Position numbers and translations under genes: made by a program. The notes under the pieces are model-generated. The model did no database searches. It had not been told where the DNA came from and saw nothing but the letters and a program-made list of their open reading frames with translations. From positions 1 to 59,072 of the forward strand of contig CACPON010000004.1 of assembly GCA_902635645.1 (NCBI GenBank): a DNA stretch of 59,072 bases, read 5' to 3'. How positions within the stretch are numbered: position 1 is the first letter of the stretch; each line of letters starts with the position of its first letter. Source of the stretch: an uncultured SAR86 cluster bacterium. GTDB lineage: Bacteria > Pseudomonadota > Gammaproteobacteria > Magnimaribacterales > D2472. Of the stretch, positions 51,008 through 59,072 are shown one piece after another.

Positions 51008-52111
51008 ATGCAAGATAGAACAGATCTTATAAAAAAAATACATGAGTCTAAATATAAAATTACTTATGTATCTAGCGGTGGTGGAACTAATGCCATTTCA
51101 TCCCTTCTTAGGGTACCTGGTGCAAGTAATACCATATTAGAAACCTACGTACCTTACTCAAAGAAATCAATGGATTTATTTTTGAATAAAAAGCCAGATC
51201 ATTACTGTTCTCTTAATACTTGTTTAAGTATGTCTGCTAATGCATATAAAAAATCAATACAGATTGAGCCTGAAACAAAAACCAAGTACTTAATTGGTAT
51301 TGCGGTAACAGCGAGCTTGGCAACTACATATAAAAAAATTGGCGATCATAAGTTTTTTGTAGTTATGCAAACTGATTCTTATACTAAGACGATTTCATGC
51401 GTACTAGAAAAAAATACAAGAACTAGAGAGGAAGAGGAAGAGTTAATTACAGAATATGTTTTAAGTTTGATTGCAGAAACTTGTTCTATTAAGAAAGAAT
51501 TTCCTCAACATCAAGAAAAGGTAGAAATTGAGACCATAACAGCTGAAAAATCTTGGAGGAAACTGTTAAATAATGAAATTAATTATGTATCAAGTGATAA
51601 AGCTATACCTGAATTAATATTTCCTGGCTCATTCAATCCGCTTCATGATGGCCATTTAAAGATGAGAGAGATGGCTGAAAAAAGAACAGGTATGAGAGCT
51701 ACTTTTGAGATATGCGCTAGAAATGCTGACAAACCCCCTCTCACTTTTTATGAGATCAAAAGAACTCTTGATCAGTTTGATGATAATGATAGTTGGGTAA
51801 TGACATCAGCTGGAAGGTTTAGTGAAAAGGCAGAAATGTTTCCCAATAGTGTATTTATCATTGGTGCTGATACTTTTATGAGAGTATTTGATGAGAAGTT
51901 TTATCTAAATAAAAAAGATATGTTAAATCACGTTGAAAGGTTCAACGATCACAACATTCATTTTTTAGTGTTTGGTCGAATGGTACAAGATAAATTTATA
52001 TCCTTAAGAGATATAGTTATTCCAGAAAGCATAAAGCACAGATGTACTGGTTTTGATGAAGCGAGTTTTAGGGATGATATTTCTTCTACTAAACTAAGAT
52101 TAGAAGACTAA
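51008..52111 (+). CDS. CinA/PncC-like domain fused to an HxGH nucleotidyltransferase (NadD-like)
   Basis: GGG..ISSLLRVPGAS..VPYS N-domain; FPGSFNPLHDGH, IIGADTF, ISSTKLR C-domain. Confidence 0.8.
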   Translation: MQDRTDLIKKIHESKYKITYVSSGGGTNAISSLLRVPGASNTILETYVPYSKKSMDLFLNKKPDHYCSLNTCLSMSANAYKKSIQIEPETKTKYLIGIAVTASLATTYKKIGDHKFFVVMQTDSYTKTISCVLEKNTRTREEEEELITEYVLSLIAETCSIKKEFPQHQEKVEIETITAEKSWRKLLNNEINYVSSDKAIPELIFPGSFNPLHDGHLKMREMAEKRTGMRATFEICARNADKPPLTFYEIKRTLDQFDDNDSWVMTSAGRFSEKAEMFPNSVFIIGADTFMRVFDEKFYLNKKDMLNHVERFNDHNIHFLVFGRMVQDKFISLRDIVIPESIKHRCTGFDEASFRDDISSTKLRLED

Positions 52112-52113
52112 TT

Positions 52114-52308
52114 TTAGTTGTGAGGAGGTAATTTAGCCTCAACAAACCACTCATGCACTCTTTTTGCTGGATTGAATTTCTTCATTCTCATTTTTTTATT
52201 TTCAAGAGTAAATTTTCTAGTTTTAATAGCTGTATAGTGATAAGTGTGACTATCACGAGTCTCACCTTCAGGTATTAAATATACTTTAGTTTGTTTTTTA
52301 TCTGCCAT
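52114..52308 (-). CDS. rpmG: 50S ribosomal protein L33 (divergent, Cys-free)
   Basis: VYL...YHYTAIK...KMRMKKFNP..RVHEWFVEAK. Start set at the ATG at 52308. Confidence 0.8.
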   Translation of the reverse strand: MADKKQTKVYLIPEGETRDSHTYHYTAIKTRKFTLENKKMRMKKFNPAKRVHEWFVEAKLPPHN

Positions 52309-52370
52309 AATGGAATGCAATTATACACAAAAAATATTAAATAAGTACTTCGAAAATAAGTTTTTATATT

Positions 52371-53255
52371 TTAAAACTTAATTACCTCATCTTTATCCCA
52401 AAGCCCCCAATAGGCTCCTACATCGCCCTCTGCTTCTACCTTCCATGATTCATCAAAAGATGAAAAATAGAACATATCAATACCTTGATCTTTTGACCAA
52501 AGCTGCGCATTAATAAAGTATTTTAAGTAATTAGTATAAGATGGGTGTGCTCCCCATAAATCACTACCCTTACTTGGCCATCCGGTTTCAGTAATAATAA
52601 CTTTTTTGCCATTTGATGCCTTGATAGCTTCGTTATACATATCTTTCATGTATAGCAAAGAGTATTCTGCTGCACAACCTTCCCAAAATGGATAACAGTT
52701 TGCAAGAATCACATCACATGCATCAGTTATATTAGGTCTATCTCTAAACTCATAATATGCATCAACATAACCAACAGGAATATTTCCAATATTTTCTTTA
52801 ACATAATTAATGTATGAAATAAGTTGGTTTTCTTCTAGCTCTTTTCTGTATATTACTTCGTTACCAACAGCAGCAACATCAACTAGATTATTATTTGCTA
52901 ACTTAATTAACCCTTCTATCTCTTTGTCATTGCTTTGCATATCATCACTAAGCCATGCACCAACAAGTGTTTGAAAACCCATATCTTTCGCAATTTGAAC
53001 TATTCGCGCATGCTCATCTAATGAAGAGAATGTTCTTATAGATGATGTATATGGTTTTAATATTTGGAGGCGTCTAATTATTTGATCATCAGAAACTATA
53101 TCTCCAGGTTGTTGGGTGCCTTCATAAAGACTAAAACAAATACCATGAATTTTACTTGTAAGAATTTTACTACAAAGTTTTTTTAATTCTTCTTCAGATA
53201 AATCATCAAGATTGGTTCCTAGCAAAGATTTGATTTTTTCATCTCTTAACGACAT
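52371..53255 (-). CDS. GH17 beta-1,3-glucanase (no signal peptide)
   Basis: IRTFS, AVGNEV, ANCYPFWEG, ITETGWPS, FSSFDESWK, YWGLW. Confidence 0.92.
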   Translation of the reverse strand: MSLRDEKIKSLLGTNLDDLSEEELKKLCSKILTSKIHGICFSLYEGTQQPGDIVSDDQIIRRLQILKPYTSSIRTFSSLDEHARIVQIAKDMGFQTLVGAWLSDDMQSNDKEIEGLIKLANNNLVDVAAVGNEVIYRKELEENQLISYINYVKENIGNIPVGYVDAYYEFRDRPNITDACDVILANCYPFWEGCAAEYSLLYMKDMYNEAIKASNGKKVIITETGWPSKGSDLWGAHPSYTNYLKYFINAQLWSKDQGIDMFYFSSFDESWKVEAEGDVGAYWGLWDKDEVIKF

Positions 53256-53257
53256 TT

Positions 53258-54688
53258 TTAGTTCATTTCTCCTTTTCTTTCTTGTAATTGTGACCTAATT
53301 TCTGCAGCCCTATCTTCATTAATTTCATAATCACTCATTACGTAGATAGCAATCAATGTGCCAATAATTGGAATAGTGGAATATGCTATTCTCAAGCCCG
53401 TTAGCGCTCCCTCAGGTTGTGAGGAAGCATCAGCTGAAAATCCAACGTAATACATAATTAATCCTGATAACAGGCCAGCAAGCGCTGTTCCAAGCTTGAC
53501 CATCCACCAATAAATTGCTCCAAACGATCCTTCTTTTCTTGGCAAACCATTTTCAAGCTCCTCATAATCACAAGTATCTGCAGTCATGCTCATCATTAAA
53601 GTGAAGAGACCACCTATTCCAAATGAAAAGAATGGTAATGCAAAAAGAAACATATATGGCTTTCCAGGAATGAAAAGAAACCAGAATAAGATGTATCCAA
53701 TCACAGAAATACTTTGGGAAATTATAAAAGTTTCCTTTTTTCCATACCTTTGAGCCATTTTAGATACTATAGGTATAACAACAAATGTTGTGACAATTGC
53801 CCCCACGCTTCCATGCAATGTTGGCCATGGGCTAGCTGCAGATGCATCTCCTAAAAATAGATAATGAACAATAATAAAAAATGAAAACGCTGCGATTGTT
53901 TGAAAAGAATTAAAGACTAAGAAAGTTGCTATGCATAACTTTCTAAATGGTATGTTTTTCCATGCATCTTTAAATATATGAATAATATTAATTAAGCTAT
54001 TTCCAATATTCTTTCTTGTAATTGGTACTAAATGATCATCATTAAGCGTGGATTTACTCTTTATAAAAATAGCAGGAACTATTGCAAGCAAAGTACATAT
54101 AATTCCAAAAACTATAGATAGAATTCTTGTTCCTGATGCAGGGTCAACAAAAATAGCAGGGTCATAAATAATTATCCATATCCATGGAGCTAAGACCCAT
54201 GCAAACTGACCTATGAATTGTGAAACTGCCATGATTTTTGTTCTTTCATGAAAGTCATCACTCATCTCATAACCCATTGCAACAAATGGAATTCCAAAGA
54301 TTGTTATGCCAAGATAAAAAAGAAGGTTAAAAAGCAAGAAGTACCAGAAATTAAAAGTTTGCCCATTCTCTGCATACAATTGCCAAGATAAAATAAAAGC
54401 TATTCCAGTCAATATGCCTCCAAAGAAAACATACTGCCTTCTTTTGCCCCATTTAGATTTTGTATTATCTGAAATAAAGCCCATCAAAGGGTCAGTAATT
54501 GCATCAATAAATCTTGGTATAAAAGCAATAATTCCATACAGAAGTGGACTAAAACCAAGATCTTGGATTAAAACCACTATAAATATTGATAGCAATGCAG
54601 GAAATAGTTGATTTGCCAACATTCCTAAACCAAAAGCAATTTTTTGTCCCATTGGAACACTATTCATCATTTTTTCTTCATTATTCAT
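53258..54688 (-). CDS. GPH-family (MelB-like) MFS sugar transporter
   Basis: KIAFGLG, DAITDPLMGFISD.T.S.WG.RR, ERT, M.AD.CDY.E, R.EG.F. Confidence 0.92.
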   Translation of the reverse strand: MNNEEKMMNSVPMGQKIAFGLGMLANQLFPALLSIFIVVLIQDLGFSPLLYGIIAFIPRFIDAITDPLMGFISDNTKSKWGKRRQYVFFGGILTGIAFILSWQLYAENGQTFNFWYFLLFNLLFYLGITIFGIPFVAMGYEMSDDFHERTKIMAVSQFIGQFAWVLAPWIWIIIYDPAIFVDPASGTRILSIVFGIICTLLAIVPAIFIKSKSTLNDDHLVPITRKNIGNSLINIIHIFKDAWKNIPFRKLCIATFLVFNSFQTIAAFSFFIIVHYLFLGDASAASPWPTLHGSVGAIVTTFVVIPIVSKMAQRYGKKETFIISQSISVIGYILFWFLFIPGKPYMFLFALPFFSFGIGGLFTLMMSMTADTCDYEELENGLPRKEGSFGAIYWWMVKLGTALAGLLSGLIMYYVGFSADASSQPEGALTGLRIAYSTIPIIGTLIAIYVMSDYEINEDRAAEIRSQLQERKGEMN

Positions 54689-54714
54689 ATGAACTCCCCC
54701 TTGAATTCATATAT

Positions 54715-55710
54715 TTAATTGATGTCAAAGTTTACATATGCATCTTTTACAACATCAAAGGTTATTTTTTTATTCCTATTAATATCTACTATTCCCCAAA
54801 ATTCTTCATTTGCCGTTCCATCATAAGGAGTGCCGTCACTATTTGGTGCAGACCCACCTGTATCTTGTTTGGCTGGATTACCAGCCTTCCATAAACCATC
54901 AGTGAACTGAAAAACAAATGATCCAATATTCTTATCACTATTTGATAAAACTTTATCTAAAATTATTTTATTAGCATCAGCTTGAGCGAGTTGATTCTCA
55001 CCTTTTGTATACTTTTCTGTTGATTTAGTCATATAACTATCTGCACCTAACTCTGCAAAATACATAGGCTTGTCACTAATTGCTTTCCATTCGTTAAAGA
55101 TAGATTCTGGCTCATCCCATCTGTATACATTCATTCCCCAAACTTGAACGCTAGATGCAATACTAATTGCTTCTTTGCTCGGCAAATCACCGTGAGCAGA
55201 AGATACCAATCTATTAGGATCCTCAATTTGAATCATTCTGGATACCAACTCCATTGCTTTGTACCAGTTATTAATATCACCACCAAACCATTGAGGGTTG
55301 TAATTATATTCATTGCCAAGCTCCCACATGAGGATGGCTTCATGATTTTTATATTTTTTTACATAGTCTATAAAAGTGCCTGAAACAATATCGAATCGCC
55401 CTTTTTGGTTATATCCAAAACTTATTACAACTTTAATTCCAGCAGCTTGAAGCTCATCAAGCACTTCAATATCATCAATAGGCTCATAAACCCTTAGCGT
55501 GTTAATACCAGCTTCTTTTATTAGAATTAAGTCTTCTGTAAGAGATTCAAAACTTCTTTTTGTTTTTCCAATTTTTACTGGATGATAGCAAATTCCTTTC
55601 ATATAAAATGGTTTACCATCAACAATCATTTTGTTGTCTTTAATCTCAACTTCAATTCCAAATGAAAAAATAGAAAAGAGTAAAAAAGTAAATATATAAC
55701 TATTTTTCAT
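54715..55710 (-). CDS. Clan GH-A TIM-barrel glycoside hydrolase (GH2-like; exact family uncertain)
   Basis: DGKPFYMKG, GINTLRVY, LMWELGNE acid/base, FAELG nucleophile, EEFWGIV. Confidence 0.8.
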   Translation of the reverse strand: MKNSYIFTFLLFSIFSFGIEVEIKDNKMIVDGKPFYMKGICYHPVKIGKTKRSFESLTEDLILIKEAGINTLRVYEPIDDIEVLDELQAAGIKVVISFGYNQKGRFDIVSGTFIDYVKKYKNHEAILMWELGNEYNYNPQWFGGDINNWYKAMELVSRMIQIEDPNRLVSSAHGDLPSKEAISIASSVQVWGMNVYRWDEPESIFNEWKAISDKPMYFAELGADSYMTKSTEKYTKGENQLAQADANKIILDKVLSNSDKNIGSFVFQFTDGLWKAGNPAKQDTGGSAPNSDGTPYDGTANEEFWGIVDINRNKKITFDVVKDAYVNFDIN

Positions 55711-55712
55711 GA

Positions 55713-56963
55713 TTATTCTTCTTTGATTGTAATCGGAGGAATGTTGGAATCTTTTAAAAGTGCTTCAAAATTTCCATTATATGTTTTTTCTATTGGATTA
55801 CCGCCTCTGGTTAAGTTATTAAAAACTCCATTATCAACTTGCTCCCATAATGGATATTTTGCCTTACCCTCTACAGTAAAGAGTCCAAAATGATTTTCAG
55901 ATCCATTTTCATTTGTTGAATCCTTCCATGGTTCATTAAACGCTGAAAAATAAAAACAAGTAAGTGACATTGAGTAACAAATATCTGAAATCATCTGGTA
56001 GTACAAACCTAATTTGTATTCATCAGCTGCTTCAGTTCCACCATAGCCATATAAGTCAGAAGCAACGCTAGACCATCCTGTTTCTCCAATATGAACTTCT
56101 TTTGATGGATCAATTTCGTGTACGTATTTTTTTACACTATCAAACTGATTGAGTTCATAATCAACCGCTCTTTTCATAGCCTGTTTGATAGTATCTTGTT
56201 TATCTAAATTTTCAGGTACGGCATCAAGATTCCAAAAACTAGGATTGTAATGTGTGTCATGAAAAGCATAAGTATGCATAGATACAAAATCTACCGATCT
56301 AATAAGCTCATCTAAATCATCATTATGATAGTCATCTGAGCCACCTCCCCATGATGCAAAATTATCAGAACTTGTAACCCATAAATCATCATTTAGATCG
56401 CCGTTAGCTTTTAGTTCTTGAAGATATTTCACCCACTTTAGAACAAATTTTGGTGGCACATGATAGCTCCATGCCCAATGAACCATAGCCTCATTACCAA
56501 CTGCGATTATTTTTACTATATCTGGGTACTCTTGCGCCAGCCTGACTGCCTCAGTGATCTCAAATTTATTGCCTTCAAAATCTTCTTCTTCATGTATTGG
56601 ATTTTCAGTAAATGCATCCTTGCATTGAATCCAGGCACCAAGCATTACATACATTTCAAAATCTGAATCAGCTTGCTTAATTTCTCTGATAGCTTTTAGT
56701 GTATTTTCTGCAAAAGGATGATGAAGGTCATAGGTTCTAAAAACTCTAAACCCTTGAGCATGCATAATAAGGAGATCTTCTTTGATTTCATTAATTGTAG
56801 GTTGCTGCTCACGTGATTTTTCTCTGTAACCTCCATAAGAAATTGCAGGATAATCAGGATTTCCTATAAACTCTTTTGCACTCTTATTCATACTCAAGTC
56901 TCCAGATTGACTACATGAAGCAAGTAGAAATAAAGAAATAATAAAGTATCTTATTTTCTTCAT
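55713..56963 (-). CDS. GH17 beta-1,3-glucanase, lipoprotein
   Basis: Lipobox LASC, AISYGGYR, IAVGNEAM, IGETGW, FSAFNEPWK, SENHFGL. Confidence 0.9.
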   Translation of the reverse strand: MKKIRYFIISLFLLASCSQSGDLSMNKSAKEFIGNPDYPAISYGGYREKSREQQPTINEIKEDLLIMHAQGFRVFRTYDLHHPFAENTLKAIREIKQADSDFEMYVMLGAWIQCKDAFTENPIHEEEDFEGNKFEITEAVRLAQEYPDIVKIIAVGNEAMVHWAWSYHVPPKFVLKWVKYLQELKANGDLNDDLWVTSSDNFASWGGGSDDYHNDDLDELIRSVDFVSMHTYAFHDTHYNPSFWNLDAVPENLDKQDTIKQAMKRAVDYELNQFDSVKKYVHEIDPSKEVHIGETGWSSVASDLYGYGGTEAADEYKLGLYYQMISDICYSMSLTCFYFSAFNEPWKDSTNENGSENHFGLFTVEGKAKYPLWEQVDNGVFNNLTRGGNPIEKTYNGNFEALLKDSNIPPITIKEE

Positions 56964-59072
56964 TTCACAATACTTACATATACAGCCTTAATTAAATTAG
57001 TTCTGTTAAAAATACTTTCCGAATTCTCAATATCTAATTCATGACCTTCAATTGTTTTCTCAGAATTATTTATATAAGAAATTCTTATATTTTCTTTATC
57101 TGATAAGTTATAAATAACTGGTACTTGGCAAACAGTAAAGGCTAGTGAATGCTTGTCTAGCTCAATATAATTTATCTCATTATCTAAATTTACATATTTA
57201 AATAATTTTTCCTCTTCAATAAACTCTGACTTTCTTAATATTGTTGGATCAAAAGTAACCCTTCCATCATTTACAAAAACACCTAATTCATAGAACCTAC
57301 TCACAATATCTTCTTTTACCTGACCAGTCATACCCGGCTGCTGCACACCTCTTCCTCTTGGCGTATGAGAATATGGGTCTGTTGGAAAAGCACCATATAA
57401 TTCTGGTGACTTATTTACACCAATGCCCTCATTAATCTCAAAATAATGATCAAAAAATCTTCCTATCATTTTTGGATCACTTTTCTCAAGAATAGACTGT
57501 TGAGTAACTTCAGCAGATGCTAATAAAAGTTTGGATACCATATGCCAATAAATAGAACCTAAACCTTCATAACCATAGAAAGTCCCTGATCTCCCTGTAA
57601 AGGATTTATGATCAAAAACATTTTCAAATATTTCAAGAACCGTATTTTTATCTTTAACCACAAGCTCTTGATATTGAGGAGGTAATTTAGAAAGCTCTTC
57701 AACTAAGCAGCTAGCGTTATGAAATAATCCATTAAAATGATATTTATCATTAACATCTTTTTCTATGATTTGCTTATTACCATCTTTAATTAGATTGCTA
57801 AGTAAATCTGATTTTTTTAACTCTGCCTCAGGAACAATATTTTTATTCATAAATCCTAATAATTCTTTATTAGGGTAAAGAATGTAACTGTATTGCTCAT
57901 CCCAGAATAGATCACTTTTCTTAAGGCTATCTAATACAGATAAAGACTCCTCCTGAGAAAGATAACCCGAACTTAAGACACCAACTTGGCCTTCAAGCAT
58001 TTCAGAAAGTCTATCTATTGTAATTTCATGCTCTTCAAGATTTATTAGGTTGTATGCATGATAAAGACCATCTTTTCTTTTATTTGAATCTATTGTTTTA
58101 TCAAGGACGTTAAGAACAGTTTCAAAAAAATGAATAATTCTATTCCTATCTAGAGAGTCTTTGGTGCCAGAGAAGTATGAAGTATAAATTCTGTCTCTAT
58201 ACTCAGCTGCAACCTCACCCACTTCATCAACAAATTGCTTTCTTTTTTTGTCATTTAAATCGGATTCAATAGAACTGAAAGATGAGTTTAGTTTTTCAAA
58301 AAAATGAAATAACTCTGTTGAAATTTCAAATGAAGAAGATTTATCTTGATTAAGAACTTTAACAAAAAAACTTAAAAAGCGTCTTAGATAATAAAGAGTT
58401 ACCATTGAAACGCCATTTCCAACAAGTGCATTATTAGCATCATTCCACTCAGGTCTTTGAGTATTCATCCAAATACCAGCTCCAGGAACAAAATTTGATA
58501 GCTTTGCTAAGACAGTTGAAAGAATTTTTTCTAAAAAATTTACTTCGTGTATAAAACCCTGATAGTTTTTTAGAATAGCTCCATCAGCGCCTTCTTTTAG
58601 TCTGTTATTTTCAATTTCTTCTGCTAACTCAAAATTAAAATCTATGGTGTTTTTAGGGTCTTTATAAATAGATTTATAGTCCTTGATCTCATAGGGAACG
58701 TTGGCATATACAAAGTCATCTTTATTAAGAAATGAGTTAAGTCTTTGAGGAAAATAATTTTCAGAGATTTCTAAAAATTTTAATAAGTAGATAATTTGAT
58801 GGTCTCCCCAGTAGCCAATATATGACCATGGGTTATCAGGTTCTATAGTCTCCCAGTCAAATCCATCTTTAGTGAGTCTGTATGGATTATAGCCATCAAA
58901 GGTTGAAGCGTTAAGGAATCTATAAATCATTCCATCAATGAATTGAGGATATGAATAAGCCAGAGCCTCCCAATTTTGAAAAATATCTCTCCAGTTACCT
59001 TGATAATCAAGAACCTTCTCACCTGTCATATCATCACGAGTATTTATTGAAAATTTATTCCAGGGTCTACTT
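56960..59072 (-). CDS. GH149 beta-1,3-glucan phosphorylase, N-terminus beyond the window edge
   Basis: Frame open to the edge (SRPWNKFSI...); GNWRDIFQNWEAL, GYWGDHQ, QRPEWNDANNAL, YEGLGSIYWHM, FPTDPYSHTP, QQPGMTGQVKED. Confidence 0.9.
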   Translation of the reverse strand, partial: SRPWNKFSINTRDDMTGEKVLDYQGNWRDIFQNWEALAYSYPQFIDGMIYRFLNASTFDGYNPYRLTKDGFDWETIEPDNPWSYIGYWGDHQIIYLLKFLEISENYFPQRLNSFLNKDDFVYANVPYEIKDYKSIYKDPKNTIDFNFELAEEIENNRLKEGADGAILKNYQGFIHEVNFLEKILSTVLAKLSNFVPGAGIWMNTQRPEWNDANNALVGNGVSMVTLYYLRRFLSFFVKVLNQDKSSSFEISTELFHFFEKLNSSFSSIESDLNDKKRKQFVDEVGEVAAEYRDRIYTSYFSGTKDSLDRNRIIHFFETVLNVLDKTIDSNKRKDGLYHAYNLINLEEHEITIDRLSEMLEGQVGVLSSGYLSQEESLSVLDSLKKSDLFWDEQYSYILYPNKELLGFMNKNIVPEAELKKSDLLSNLIKDGNKQIIEKDVNDKYHFNGLFHNASCLVEELSKLPPQYQELVVKDKNTVLEIFENVFDHKSFTGRSGTFYGYEGLGSIYWHMVSKLLLASAEVTQQSILEKSDPKMIGRFFDHYFEINEGIGVNKSPELYGAFPTDPYSHTPRGRGVQQPGMTGQVKEDIVSRFYELGVFVNDGRVTFDPTILRKSEFIEEEKLFKYVNLDNEINYIELDKHSLAFTVCQVPVIYNLSDKENIRISYINNSEKTIEGHELDIENSESIFNRTNLIKAVYVSIVK

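Overview
AT-rich, very gene-dense bacterial chromosome segment with tiny intergenic gaps and many overlapping genes. Gene content (TonB receptors, T2SS, AcuI, laminarin enzymes, ftsK/trxB/lolA) fits a streamlined marine gammaproteobacterium, most likely SAR86-like (inference). Left to right: (1) a broken crcB-serS' >< 'lolA-ftsK junction at ~600 that looks like an inversion chimera; (2) trxB, acuI and an SDR; (3) a sigma54-driven nitrogen locus (TorF porin-glnK-amt, plus a second amt with a near-identical promoter); (4) lipid and housekeeping genes; (5) a ~25 kb phosphorus-scavenging island (phytase + TonB receptor, TetR, PiT, PPK2, PPX, a full gspC-M type II secretion cluster, a second TonB receptor, a 984-aa lipoprotein built of two tandem beta-helix-like domains, PhoR/PhoB), with pilD and phoD a few kb further on and 11-bp-periodic TGTNACA (Pho-box-like) arrays at four promoters; (6) tRNA-Gly flanked by two distantly related lipoproteins, an FeS-less (6-4) photolyase, a CinA-NadD-like fusion and a divergent L33; (7) a beta-1,3-glucan (laminarin) cluster GH149-GH17-GH2-like-MFS-GH17 running off the right edge. 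The best candidate for an undescribed system is the PhoBR / tandem-domain lipoprotein / TonB receptor / T2SS module, together with an unknown secreted protein under a six-unit Pho-box-like array. No integrase, transposase, rRNA or CRISPR array was seen. All family calls come from motif recognition by eye; no database searches were run.
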